Part shown: in pieces, positions 39,439 to 51,512 of the stretch | Position numbering within the stretch: position 1 is the first letter of the stretch | How the letters are laid out: each line of letters begins with the position of its first letter | NCBI GenBank assembly: GCA_024679065.1 | Contig: JAGIQG010000038.1 | Location: 4,960,001-5,024,000, forward strand | Reading direction: 5' to 3' | DNA length: 64,000 bases | Origin: Sphyrna mokarran | Taxonomy: Eukaryota | Notes under the pieces: generated by a model | What the model saw: the letters and a program-made list of their open reading frames with translations, nothing else | The model's database searches: none | Told to the model about the DNA's origin: nothing | Position numbers and translations under genes: made by a program

Positions 39439-39541
39439 GAGGGACGATGGCAGTTGCAATTGGTGGTCCTCTGGTACAGCCTTCTGGCGCAGCAAGCGAG
39501 TCATTTCCCAATGTTTGCCAGTCACCATTTCTGGAAAACAG
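39439..39541 (+). CDS. kmt2d: KMT2D coding exon (approx. exon 27): GGTMAVAIGG...SFPNVCQSPFLEN(R)
   Basis: ttctgtag| ... aacag|gtaaac; 103 nt, phase 1-2; CQSPFL motif. Confidence 0.9.
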
Positions 39542-40189
39542 GTAAACTCTTTGCAATTTTTTTTGCGTTCAAATACAAGTGCATTGGCTGTGGTTGAAAG
39601 ATTTCAAGTTATTAATTGGTCCATTTTATCAGTTTCTCCCCTCCTCCCAACTCTCATTTTAGTCTCTGTGTTGCCAGAAAGGGCTCTTGAAAACTCCAGT
39701 TGAATCAATGGAATCAAATTTACTATCTGATTTACAAAACCACCTTGTTATTGTTACTGAAATGTTTTTTCAATCTTCTGGGTGTGTCGTAAAAATTGCT
39801 ATTTTGGAGTCTCTTAAACTGAGCTATTGCAAAATCATGCAGGTTGAATTTGTCTAATGCAGAATGGACACACCTCCCCAAAAAGACATCTCTTAAATTG
39901 ATCCCAAGCTAGTTAGTGAAGTATGAAGTACTTGATCGCTTTATTTACAGAATGCTGTATTACATAATCCATGCTCTCCCCCAACTACCTATGTCCTAAC
40001 AGTGTCTTGTTATACTCCTTTGAGTAACCAGTAAAATAAAGTGGACTGATCAATTAAATTAAGTTAATTTAAAGTGATGGCCTCTTAAAAGGGCACATTT
40101 ATAAGTGCTCTAGGCACTTGTCCTTCACCTGTATATCCTAATGTAGTTAACATTCCATTAACAAGACTGTACTTGCTTATAAATGAACA

Positions 40190-40414
40190 GCCTCAATGGC
40201 CTAATGGATAAGACACTAGCCTTTGGAGCCAGATATTTAGGTGGATTGGCCATGCTAAAATTACCCTTAGTATCAGGGAGACTAGCTAGAGTAAATGCAT
40301 GGGGTTATGGCGATAGGGCCTGGATGGGATTATGGTTGGTGCAAACTCAGTGGGTCTAATGGCCTCCTGCACGGTAAGATTCGATGATTACAGGTTCAAG
40401 TCCCATCTGATGTA
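40190..40414 (+). pseudogene. tRNA-Arg(CCT)-like relic split by a 5'-truncated V-SINE tail (about 40235-40385)
   Basis: gcctcaatggcctaatggataagacactagcc...agccag plus gattacaggttcaagtcccatctg resembles GCCCCAGTGGCCTAATGGATAAGGCACTGGCC...GCCAGGGATTGTGGGTTCGAGTCCCACCTG. Confidence 0.7.
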
Positions 40415-40469
40415 AGGCAGGTTTAATTCTGTAATAAATGTCTGAACACCTTGCAGAAACATTGTTGTA

Positions 40470-40583
40470 GCCTTTAGCCATGCTAGTCTGCAAAATGCCT
40501 GATCTTGTCTAATCCCGGAAGCTAAGCAGACTGGTTAGTACTTGGATGGGAGACAGCTGGGAATACCAAGTGTGTTCGACTTT
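40470..40583 (+). pseudogene. 5S rRNA pseudogene / 5S-derived sequence
   Basis: gcctgatcttgtctaatcccggaagctaagcag...ctggttagtacttggatgggagac...ctgggaatacc matches 5S rRNA boxes A and C, with a short internal deletion and CpG decay; ends in ttt. Confidence 0.9.
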
Positions 40584-41484
40584 GGCTTCCTCCTGTGGCC
40601 TAGAAATATGAACTGAACTGATAAACCACAAACTTAGGGTAATACTCTGGGGTCACTGGCTCAAATTCCACCACAGTAGATGGTTTTAATTTAAATTAAG
40701 ACCTTAGGTGGCAGTTTGCAAGAGCTGTGAGGCATCTTCACCAAGTGTGTGCAGAAGTACAGTTAGAAACTTACTAATTAAAAGATGCAATCTGCTAGCC
40801 TAGTATACTGATCATTTCCTGCTGCTTGTTTCCCTAATGGCATGTTACCTTTAGTAGCACTGGCTTTGTAGGTTGGTTTGAGCTGAATGGAGAAAAATCC
40901 AAATAACTGGTCTACTCCCCCAGGTTCCAAAAATGAGAGCAGTTGCCTAGGTATTCAGCGATACCATCCTGGATTAGAATATGTAACAAAGCATTAGGTT
41001 GGTTTTTCCTTCCCTAGCGTTGTTATCTTGGAGCCACATCGGCCCCAAGTAGACTGTTCTCCTCAACCCCTTTCTCCAGGTGGATAGTGACAAGTTAATC
41101 GTACATTATAGATGTTTAGCCTTTGCTGGGTGCATCACAGTATCAGGAGTTCCTCATGAGTGGTATGATGGGAAACACAACTGACTGAAGCATGTGCATT
41201 GCTATAGTCTTTCTTGACCATAGTTGAACATGTATGATAATCCCATCTAACGACCATTCCACCAATTGGCAAAGCAGAGCTACAGCAGTGAGTATTTGCA
41301 AATCATTGGGAAGTACTGAATCCTGGATGTGAGAAGTGTTCTTCTCATCCAGCTTCCAGTAGCTGCCATTCCAAGTCCTTAAAAGTTATACAACTGATTA
41401 ATTGCTTTTAGTGCACTGCAGGATTGCTTGTAAAGTGCCAAGCATTGAAATTATGTTTGATATGAAAAATTTTTTGTTTTTCAG

Positions 41485-41735
41485 GGAAAGGAGTATACCT
41501 TTCAGTCCAGACAGTGGAGAGCAACAGAGTCCATGGACAACCCCAGCCACCCCAGCTACCCCTACCACTCCAACTACCCCTACCACTCCGACAGAGGGAG
41601 AAGGAGATGGGCTGTCCTACAACCAGCGAAGCATACTGAGATGGGAAAAAGATGAGGCTTTGGGAGAATTATCAACCATATCACCTGTTCTGTACGCAAA
41701 TATCAACTTCCCGAACCTAAAACATGATTACCCAG
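41485..41735 (+). CDS. kmt2d: KMT2D coding exon (approx. exon 28): TP repeats, EGEGDGLSYNQRSILRWEKDEALGELSTISPVLYANINFPNLKHDYP (start of HMG-box region)
   Basis: ttttcag| ... ccag|gtatga; 251 nt, phase 2-1; GDGLSYNQRS and STISPVLYANINFPNLK distinguish KMT2D from KMT2C (MSNAQRS/ATVAPVLYT). Confidence 0.97.
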
Positions 41736-41938
41736 GTATGACATCTGGCATAGGCTCCAGTTTATAGCATGAGTCCATGAGTGAAAAGCATGAACTCAAT
41801 GTATTGTGGTTTTAGGCATCTTAAGAATTATGGAATTTTTTTTTTTATTCTTGTACTTGCTAATTATAATTTTAATTGCTGGCAATCTTGAGTGGCTGTG
41901 TAGAGGTTTCCTTGATTCTTAAAATATTTTTTCTCCAG

Positions 41939-42012
41939 ACTGGGCAAGTCGTTGTAAACAGATCACTAAGATTTGGAGGAAAGTCCCAGCAACTGATAAA
42001 GCACCATTTCTG
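41939..42012 (+). CDS. kmt2d: KMT2D coding exon (approx. exon 29), HMG box: DWASRCKQITKIWRKVPATDKAPFL
   Basis: ttctccag| ... ctg|gtaagt; 74 nt, phase 1-0. Confidence 0.97.
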
Positions 42013-42867
42013 GTAAGTGCTTCTCTCCCTTTGGCATATTGTCTTCAAATCTCACCAGGTCTCCCAGTTTTGAGCAACAGCCCATCCCTCACGCAAGGGA
42101 GGAGATTAAGACAAGAAAGCTCCTAGAGAATGTTTACATCAAACCAAGCCTGCCTCTACCCAAGGGCCTTAGCAATCCACCTGCTGCTTGTCTCCCATCA
42201 TGCCGAGGAATAACAGCAGCGGCCCTATGGCAGGAGGAATGCAACCAACAGGCCATCCACCATTAAAAACCACTTCCTCATCAGACATTCCATAGCCCAA
42301 TTGGCTTCAACCTGTTATGTCAACATTGGGCACTCCTGAAATGTTTCTACACTGGCTAAGGTCCTTGCGCAACAAAGCGGCACAAACAGGCCTGTGCAGG
42401 GAATGCAGAGTACAGTCCTAATAAACGACTGATCATTTAAGACTGCAGAATTCAGCGGAGGGATCAGAGAGCTCCATTCAGTCACTGTGGAATGTATGGT
42501 AGTATTCTTACCAGTGCACTGATGTGCTTTTGTCCAAAAGGCCTTGCACAGACACAAAAAATGCTCTATTAAAGCAATTAATTAACATTATATAAAATTC
42601 AGGTCCCTGACAGCAGATGTAGTTTAAAAAAACGCAGCACAGTTGAGAGCTCAAACAGGCTTGAAATGGTGCATATGGTCTGATTTTTTTTGTGTGTCAT
42701 GTTGGAGATCTATTTAGTCTTTGACATGAATTTCATTTCACAGATCAAGAAAGAAGATTACATGGCTGAGATCAACTGTAGGCTACCACAAACTTAAGAT
42801 GATAAATATTGTCTTAATCTTCAAGACATTATTTTGCATCTAATTCAGAATCTTTCTTGCTTTTCAG

Positions 42868-42918
42868 CAAAAGGCCAAAGACAACAGGGCAGCTCAGCGC
42901 ATCAACAAGGCACAGAAG
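42868..42918 (+). CDS. kmt2d: KMT2D coding exon (approx. exon 30), HMG box end: QKAKDNRAAQRINKAQK
   Basis: ttttcag| ... aag|gtaaat; 51 nt, phase 0-0. Confidence 0.96.
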
Positions 42919-43522
42919 GTAAATTAACTTGGAACTCTAATTTGAGCCTTTACCTGAAACACTCTTAAATTAATTGACTGGTCTACTTAGAGGGAAACAG
43001 AAATTAAGTGAAATGTCTTGTGATTTTCAAGTGTTATTAAAGGCAATACTTATTTACTTGAAGCTTCAGATTGTCCCTAATTAATACCTGTATGTTGAAA
43101 CCTGTTGGAGGCACTTCACATACTGAATTACTTTGAAGTATCTCAACAGTTTTTGTACTCAAAGATGATGACCTTTGTTGGAAAGTGAATCTGTCCCATA
43201 TTTTATAGGTCCAAACTTTCATCAGTTGTTCCAAATACTGCTGCTGTGTATGTTTCTGGGTGTACATTTCTGGTTTTGCTATTTAAGGAAAGCAATGCAT
43301 TGGTTCTTCTATCTACTGGCAATAACATGTATTTAACTGCTAGATTTTCCCAACTACGAATTGATTTTGCAAACTTAAGGTTGTGTTTAAATGTGTTCTT
43401 CGATCTCTCTCAGCATTCACCGCAGTATCCTTGTTGACTTGTACTAATGAATATTCTGTTCTCTCCTTTCCCAAGAAAGCATTCATAAAAAATACAAGGC
43501 ATGTTTTTATTTATTTTCACAG

Positions 43523-45463
43523 CAAGTTGATATGCAAGGTAACAGGCAGCCAAAAATTGAGAGACAAGATGCAAAACAGGATCGTAAGCCGCCCCGTCAC
43601 CTGCAAGCCCTGGCTCAGAATACTGCAGTGACCAGTCTCACTCCAGCAACATTAGTTGGGGGGAATTCTTGTTCCCCAACAGAATTGAGGATTGAAGGTT
43701 TAGGGCAGAATGCTTCATTACATGGTAACAAATCATATACTACCTCGACTAATGAATTTGTCAAACTGCAGTCAGCAAGCCCAACATCTACAGACTCCAG
43801 CAGTGTCTTGTTCCCAAAACTGCACATGCAGTCTCCAACTGGAATTGTAGCCCAGGATCCTTTTGGGCATACACTTACACCGTACCCTCAGGAACCCAAC
43901 ATTCAGTCTTCCAGTAATCCAACTCAAGCACCAGCATGGAACAGCTCCCATCACCAGTCAGGTGTACCTCGTCCTGTTGTTCCAGGCCGACTGCAACTTA
44001 GCTCTTCAGAACTGCATTCTGCCACACCAGGGATGTCGCATCATCAGCATCCTCTAACTCCAGACACTTTCCTCCGATCTAGAGTGCTTGGTGAGTCACA
44101 TGATAACCACACAGTTGATCAGTCTTTAGGAAGTCCAGGGTTTCGATCATCACAGTCAACAGACTGTTACGCAAAACCACCTGAAACTTTAACGTTGCCA
44201 TCATCAACTGGGGAACAATTAAGACGACTCTCAGATCCAGAAGTTGGAGCACAGCATCCCAGAAATGAACAGTATACAGGAGTTATGAGGCAAGATTTGA
44301 GTGCAAATTCCTTGGCTTCCCTTTACAGAGCTGCAATGTTGGATCCAAGTATGAATGTACGGTCACTCTCTGATGGGAGGGACAGAGATATCTTCAAAGC
44401 ACCTTTAACTCCTAGATCATCATATGTGGACCAAACACCCATAGTACCTGCTCAGCGTTCTCAGGAACTGCATCCTCAATCTCAGGGTGTCTCACCACAG
44501 ACTCAGACTGATTTGTACCGGCAATCTCCTTCAACACAATTTTCTGATCCATATCATCAACCTCCCTTGGCACCACGGCCATCTTCTAGTGACAGCTGCT
44601 CTCCACTACCTCCTAAATCCCTCCCTTCTGACTCCCTCTCCAGGGTACCCATGAGTCCACAGTCTCAGTGCAGTTCACCATTGACACCCAGGCCACATTC
44701 CAATGAGACTTTTTCTCAGTCTCCCATTGCTTCCAGATTCCAGTCACCAGATCCTTATTCGCGGCCACCTTCAAGAGATCCTTACGCTCAGCTTCACAAA
44801 CCACAGCGACCCCAGATGGTTGACGGCAGTTTCAAGTCCTCACCAGTACCTCACGGGCAACCAACTGGTACCATTCAGCATTCAGCAATGTTTTCTCAGC
44901 ACAGTGATCCACATTCAAAAACAGCTTATGTAATGCAGCCGCAATCTCCAAGGCCTCACTCTTTTGACCCATGCGCCAAGACATTTGCCGGTGGTCAGCC
45001 ACAAAGTCCATTTCCATTCACTTCATCACCAGGTGACATTGTTAAAGAAACCCATTCTCAGCAGTCAGTGTCCCAGATGCCGCGAGCAAATAATTTTCCA
45101 CAAAGTCACTTGATGAGCAGTCAACTCAATGCAAGTGATGCTCATTGTTCTCAACTCAATGCCAATAATCAGTCAGGACCTCCAGATACGGCATCTATTG
45201 CAAGAGATGAAACTTTCACCAACATGCCTTTACGGCCATCCTTGATCAAGCAGGATGCACTACCTTTACAGCAAGATTGCTCATATCAGACTTCCGCTAG
45301 CAGCCGCTCAGTGAGTGATTCATCACCGACAGAAAGAAGCAGCGAGAGTGCTGCACAGGTCCATCCTCCGGCATCTCCCAGCAGAGACTTGCACGAACTT
45401 CCATTTAACAGGGGAGCACAAGCTGGAAATCTCAGTCAGACGGAGCTGGAGAAACAGCGACAG
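43523..45463 (+). CDS. kmt2d: KMT2D large Pro/Ser/Gln-rich exon (approx. exon 31), 647 codons, ending LSQTELEKQRQ
   Basis: ttcacag| ... cag|gttagt; 1941 nt, phase 0-0; coincides with ORF 43532..45496; DIFKAPLTPR, SRFQSPDPYSRPPSR and ELEKQRQ motifs. Confidence 0.96.
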
Positions 45464-46150
45464 GTTAGTATCTGTAAGATTGAATTAAGCTTGTGATTAT
45501 ATATACTTGCCAACCAAGTTTCACTCCCTTGTTAATCAAGATTCTACCTGGCTCTGCCTTAGAAATATTTAAGGACTTTGCTTCCAATGCTGTTTAGTTG
45601 GAGGGAAAGTGAAATGTCTTTGATTTTTGTGTTATTAAAGGCAATACTTGCAGCTTCAGATTGTTCCTGATTAATACCTGTATGCTAAAGCACTTCATAT
45701 ACTGAATTACTTTGAAGTGTCTCAACAGTTTTTTGTACTCCAAAGTGATGACCTTTGTTGGAAAGAACAGATCCCACTTTCCCCAGTACTGTTGCTAGTG
45801 TCCCACAAATTGGAGCCCATTTCTCCCACGTCAGTCTATGAGCCACATGTTTGTTTCTGTAATCTAATTTGTTTTTATGCACACGGCTCAGCTAATAATC
45901 CAGAATTACCTTCAACATTCTGCTATTTAATTTGGTGTTAGCTCCACTCACTCGCTGTGCAGACCCATCTTCTTCCTGCCTATGTCATTGGAACCTACAT
46001 GAACCACAACCATTGGATCCTCCCCCTCGCACTGAAAGTTTCTCTCCAGCCCTGAGCAGATGTCCTGAACCCTGGCACTCTGGGAAGGCAACACAGCCAT
46101 CTGGACTGTTGCTCCTTGCTACAGAGAGCAGTGTCAATCCCCCTCACTAT

Positions 46151-47667
46151 TGTTAAGGTATGGATCAAAACCCCGAAGTATGTTATGAAGCCTGCCTAGA
46201 CCCCAGCAGTTATTCTATTTTGGCATTTGAGGATAAGGGTGTCACTCCAGGTGTGATTTTATTCTCACACTAAGAACTTTTATCAAAACAAACTTTACTT
46301 AACAATTCAAGTTTAACTATAACAAATGGATTAACTTTTACCACTTGAAATACTTTGCTAACCTATCTCTGCTTGAATTGGAACAAACAATGTTCCTCTT
46401 ATAGACTTAAATTGCTCTTCAAAATCAGTTAGCAACACATGGCTTATGTGCTTGTACTTGCTCGGCCAGTTCTTGAGCCTCTAGAGAGAAAGACATAGAC
46501 CTGTTTCCCCTAGCAGGTCTCTTATAGCAGTCTCCAGAGAGAGAGAAAGAGAGACAAACAGAAACACCTTTTGCTTCTTGTGGAAAAGTGTGAGGTAATG
46601 CACTATGGCAGGAATAATAAATGTGTAGAGTATAGGGCTAATGGTAGGATTCTTAGTAGTCTTGATGAACAGAGGGATCTTGGTGTATATGTGCATAGAT
46701 CCCTGAAAGTAGGCAGTCAAGTCGGGAAGGTTGTTAAGAAGGCATACGGAGTCTTAGCTTTTATTGGTAGGGGGATTGAATTTCGGAGCCGCAACGTCAT
46801 GTTGCAACTGTACAAAACTCTAGTGCGGCCGCACTTGGAGTATTGTGTGAAGTTCTGGTCCCCACATTATAAGAAAGATGTGGAGGCATTGGAGAGGGTA
46901 CAGAGGAGGTTTACCAGGATGTTGCCTGGTATGGAGGGCAGGTCTTATGAAGAGCGGCTGAGGGATTTGAGGCTGTTTTCATTAGAAAGGAGGCGGCTAA
47001 GAGGGGACCTAATCGAAACATATAAGATGATTAGAGGTTTAGATAGGGTGGACAGTGATAGCCTTTTTCATAGGATGGAGAAAGCTAGCACGAGGGGACA
47101 CAGCTTTAAATTAAGGGGTGATAGTTATAGGACGGATATCAGAGGTAGGTTCTTTACCCAAAGGGTGGTTCGGGAGTGGAATGCCCTGCCTGCAGCAGTT
47201 GTGGATGCCCCAAGTTTGGTGGCGTTTAAGAGGTTAGTTGATAAGTATATGGAAGAGAAGGGAATGGTTTAGTTTGGAGGGGCATTGCTTTTTATATTGG
47301 TCGGCGCAACATCGAAGGCCGAAGGGCCTGTTCTGTGCTGTAATGTTCTATGTTCTTTCAGAACCTGGCAGTAACTGGCTGCCTTTCCCTGTTAGCTTAG
47401 TTCCTATCGTTAAGCACGTGATTGTCTTTGTCAGTCAACCTAATCAAAACCTTACTCTGAAACTCCAGAGGAAAACCCAAATAAACAAAAATGCATGAAC
47501 TCAGATTAATACAAACGTATCCCTAGCTAAAATCAGTCAGTAGCCTGCATTCTCAACTTGAGCTGCCTAGTTTGCAGACAAATTGTCGTTGTGTAAAACA
47601 GCTAAATTTTAAACGAGCCCTTTAAATGTTTTACAAATACATTTCTTAAAGGCATTGTGTCATCACA
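46151..47667. mobile_element. Probable solo LTR (about 730 bp after removing the nested CR1)
   Basis: TG...CA termini (tgttaagg...catcaca) interrupt host ccccctcactat|actgtcccct; imperfect ~4-bp TSD (ctat / cat). Confidence 0.6.
46579..47356 (+). mobile_element. Young 5'-truncated CR1 with intact ORF2 C-terminus and tail
   Basis: ORF 46571..47272 (KCEVMHYGR...[17 protein letters not shown]...) uninterrupted, CpGs retained, tail ggccgaagggcctgttctgtgctgtaatgttctatgttct. Confidence 0.93.
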
Positions 47668-48399
47668 CATACTGTCCCCTACACCACTATATCCCCTCAC
47701 TTGAATGGCATCTTGTACCATGGTCATTCAGCTCAATCACCTGCAGCCCCCACTCACCTAAACAAGCTGAAAGAACCTCAGACTTGTTGGACAATTGCAG
47801 AGGTTGATACTGGTTCCCTTTGCCTCCCTGAGCTGCAGTTGCACCTTCTTGTCCCTGATAACTTTCCAAACCAGAAGATCCTATCTAACTATCTAAAGGT
47901 ATGACCACCTCCTGAAACACTATCCAGGTAACTCTTGCTGTCCCTGATGTGTCACATTGTCTGCAGATCAGCCTCTAGCTTAGTGACTCTGAACTGAAAT
48001 TTCTGAAGCTGCAGACGTGCTTGCCCTGGATAAATTACTATCTGTGAGCTCCCATGTGTTGCAGCGTTGGCACATCACCTGTCTTGCCGTTATGAGCTTC
48101 AATTAATTAGCTATTTAATTCATTTTTTTCTTTTAGATATTTATTAATCTTATCACAAACTCCAGTACTATTTTAAAACTTTGGAAAATAAACCTTGACC
48201 ACTTACTGGATATCACCAGATACTTATCAACAGCTCACTTCCTCTCCTATAGTGGAGCAAAATCTAATTACTACAGGGTGAAAAAGTTAGAAAAGGCAAG
48301 GGAAGGACCCCTCTTCTTCTCACTGAACTTCTCCTTCTCACCAAACTTCTGCATTTGATTAGAAAAATTGAAAATGACCAGTCTACAGTGTTAACTGTT

Positions 48400-48745
48400 G
48401 CTAAGCGGGTAGCATTCTTCCTCTAGGTCAGAGGCTGTCGGTACAAGTTGCATCTCAGAATTGTTGCACTGCCTGAGGTGCTGCATGTTGGCTGAGACGT
48501 TAAACCATGGTCCTCTCTGTTGACATAAAAAAATTCAATTTTGAAGAAGAATGGACAAGTTCTCCCTGATGTTCTGGTCAATAGTTACCCTTCGATCAAC
48601 ATCGTGAAAACAGATTAGCTTTCACAATCATGTTTGACAGTGGGGCCTTTGTGCAAATAGTTGCCAGTTTTCATGCCTTGCAGCAGTGACTGAATTTCAA
48701 AAGGTTAAGTAATTAATAGGTCCTAAATTGTCTTGGAATCCAGAG
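48400..48745 (+). mobile_element. Deu-type SINE (SacSINE1/AmnSINE1-like), degraded; related 3' pieces at about 54540-54790, 16300-16425 and (antisense) 14150-14340
   Basis: gcactgcctgaggtgctgcatgttggctgagacgttaaaccatggtcc...ttgaagaagaatggacaagttctccctgatgttctggtcaata resembles the Deu domain. Confidence 0.6.
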
Positions 48746-49017
48746 GTCACCAGTTGCTAAGTAATTGATGTTGGATTCTTGTTTGTAGAATTTGAAACAT
48801 AGTTTTGTGCAGTCTGGTGTGGGTTGAGATGATCTAAGCAATCTGATTTTGAGCATTGACCAAACTTAACAGTTGCTTTGGAAAGTAGTATTCTGGGGCA
48901 GGCTTAGAATTTGACTTCCTTAATCTCTGAATTGTAAACTATTGGAGCTATTAGCTGCAAGCATATAACAGAAGAACTTGTGTTGAAATGCAGTTTCTTC
49001 ATGTATTGTCTTTTCAG

Positions 49018-49197
49018 CGGCAAAGATTGCGTCAACTTTTAATACGTCAGCAAATACAGCGGAATAACTTGCGACAAGAGAAGGAACAGGCAGCTGCGTG
49101 TGGGGGTGGCACTACAACAAGTAGTTGGTCACAAGAAAGTTCAAGCCAGTCCCATGATCTACAGACAAGGGCACCACCTCCATACCCCATCTCCCAG
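49018..49197 (+). CDS. kmt2d: KMT2D coding exon (approx. exon 32): RQRLRQLLIRQQIQRNNLRQEKE...PPPYPISQ
   Basis: ttttcag| ... cccag|gtatct; 180 nt, phase 0-0; LRxLL motif. Confidence 0.95.
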
Positions 49198-49997
49198 GTA
49201 TCTATTGATGTTAGATGTCTGGCTTATAAACAATTTCCAAATTTTCTCCAGTAGAACTTTTCATCAGCTAATGTATGGATTACGCTTTGGTTTTACTATC
49301 TCAGTTAACTAATTTTAACTATTTGAATAGTTAACATAACCACTTTCCATGTGTAAGAGTTCCAAAATAGTTATAACTATTTCCCTTATCACCACCTGTC
49401 TTTCATTCCTCTCCAATATCTATTCTGCACCCTCTTACGAGAGTATAGTCTTGCACTTGTGCGAATGCTTTTTTCAGACCCTTCTGCAGCTACGTTGTGC
49501 CCCAAACACTAATCACCTGGCTGTGGTTGGTAAATTTGCTCTCTGAGATGAATGTAACCAGGTTTCAATTGCTGTGTACTTTTTGAGTCTGAAGCTCAAT
49601 GTTGTCATGTTGCAGTTATTGGGCATTTCGACTTTCCATGCAGTTTGGTGAGATGAGACAAACTTGGATTTATATGCCATCTTGTCACAACTCACATTTC
49701 TGTATTAAAGAAAAAAGTCACAGGACTTCAGCTGATTTCATGTGAAGTGCTTTGGGACCATTGTGGCAACCATTATGTGCACCTCATGATCCCGCAAATA
49801 GCTAATTGCCAGTTAACCTGTTTTTGGGAGTGCTAATTGAAGGCAAATGTTAACTGTACCCTAATCTAACCTTTCTAGATATTTGTAAATAGGGTTTTTT
49901 ATAACGTAATGGTTCTGCAATTCAAACTGCACTAATTTGCACCATTTTGACACAAGTTGAGTTTTTTTTTTGTAGATCTTTATTTTGTTTATTACAG

Positions 49998-50155
49998 GAC
50001 CGGTCTGGCCTGAGAGGGTTAATCCCAGGCTCTGGAAATGGAAGATTAATAAATCCAGTGGTAATAGATAAACAACGATTGTTTCCTCAGGATGAGAGTC
50101 TCTGTCGGCCTCCACAGCCAGGCAATACCCCCACTGGTGAAGTAAACATTCCTAG
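49998..50155 (+). CDS. kmt2d: KMT2D coding exon (approx. exon 33): DRSGLRGLIPG...FPQDESLCRPPQPGNTPTGEVNIP(R)
   Basis: attacag| ... cctag|gtaagt; 158 nt, phase 0-2, matches phases of both neighbours. Confidence 0.9.
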
Positions 50156-50244
50156 GTAAGTACAAGTTAAGCAACATCTATTGCATCAAAATGGCCTTGC
50201 CTAGCAGTTGATTCAGTAACGTAGTCAGTTAAAGCATGTATAGC

Positions 50245-50910
50245 TGGCTGAGTGTTGAAAACTTTCTTGGTCAGTATGTTCTTAGCCCAATTAGAAAAGA
50301 AGCATTGTTGGATCTAGTGCTGGGAAATGAGGTGAGACAAGTGGATCAACTGTCCGTGGGGGAGTATTTGGGCAAGAATGATCATTGTATTGTAAGTTTT
50401 AGATCCGTAAAGGAGAAGCATGAAGAACAATAATATACAACTTCTAAATTGGAAAAGGACTAATTTCAATATAACGTATGATCTAGCCAGGGTAAAATGG
50501 AACCAGAGACTGATACATAAATCTGTAACACAGCAACAGGTGATCTTTGAGGAAGAGGTACTTTAGACACAGGCTAGGTATATTCCAATGAGGGCAAAAG
50601 GTAAGTAAGGGAAGCAAAAACGGGGCTTGTTGCAAGAGGCAAGAGATAGGGAGGGTGTGAGATGTGTATCAGGTGAATTCTTCAAGTGAAACATGCAGTA
50701 GATTGAGAAGGGAGGTGAAGAGGAAAGTAGGACTGGCAAATAGGACGCAGCCAACATAAAAGAGTGCCCAAAAATTTTCAACTAGCATCTAAGTAGCGAA
50801 TGCGTAGTCAAAGGTAGAGTGCGTCCTTTTAAGTACAGAGAGGATGAAATTTGCTGAGAGGCGCAGAGCAAGGCTAAAATACTTGATGAGTTCTTTGTAT
50901 CAGCAGCATT
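50245..50910 (+). mobile_element. Degraded CR1 endonuclease/linker fragment; similar piece at about 9285-9490
   Basis: FLGQYVLSPIRKEALLDLVLGNE...VGEYLGKNDHCIV (APE C-terminal LDL/SDH-like motifs). Confidence 0.8.
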
Positions 50911-51230
50911 ATGTCTGACTGTGAGTAACTCCACAGAAGATCTGCCAGAGCATATAACAAAAAGTGTTTTGGTGGTTAGATTTCCCAATTCAGAACTCTT
51001 TGTGGGACCCATTATAATTATTTAGTTGCAGCATATGTTAGGATTAAGACCTTGAGCAACTTCCAATTCAAAACATCATTTGGCTGATTTCACCCAAATA
51101 ATTCGTGGCATGTGCTGTGCAGCCACCAAGCAGTGACATCTTGTTTTTGATATGAAAGGGCTTGTGGAATAAGTTTTGACACTACTGATATGATTGCTGA
51201 GCATTAGCATGTAATTGGCTGTGTGAAATT

Positions 51231-51512
51231 CATAGAATCCCTACAGAAGGAGGCCATTCAGCCCCTCAAGCCTGCACTGACAAATCCCACCCAGGCCCTA
51301 TCCCCGTAACCATATTTACCCTATTAACCTCTCTGACACTAAGTGGCAATTTAGCATGGCCAGTCAATCTAACCTGCACACCTTTGAAGTGTGGGAGGAA
51401 ACTGGAACACCTGGAGGAAACCCATGCAGACATGGGGAGAACGTGACCGAGGCTAGAATTAAACCTGGGTCCCTGGTGCTGTGAGGCAGCAGTGCTCACC
51501 ACTATGCCGTCT
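51231..51512 (-). mobile_element. V-SINE (HE1-like), antisense
   Basis: Reverse complement of the element at 623-948: gtgggaggaaactggaacacctggaggaaacccatgcagacatggggagaacgt. Confidence 0.85.

Larger units (their letters stand above)
45935..48340 (-). mobile_element. Old CR1 5'/ORF1 remnant, antisense, host of nested insertions
   Basis: Minus-strand QPLQLSNKSEVLSAC (CR1 ORF1 'L.N.F..L'-like), revcomp of tgtcattggaacctacatg (HVGSND esterase motif); host sequence resumes either side of 46151-47667. Confidence 0.6.

Noticed and set aside
40190-40414. Intron-containing functional tRNA
   Set aside because: The ~150-nt insert is a recognisable SINE tail located after the anticodon stem, and the stems and anticodon are mutated.
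40470-40583. Functional 5S rRNA gene
   Set aside because: Internal deletion between boxes A and C, many substitutions and disrupted terminal helix; isolated copy.
42572-42602. AT-rich stretch resembling the KMT2C mini-exon for AILGKLYKIP
   Set aside because: Wrong intron (inside the HMG-box region), poor splice sites and low complexity; treated as coincidence.
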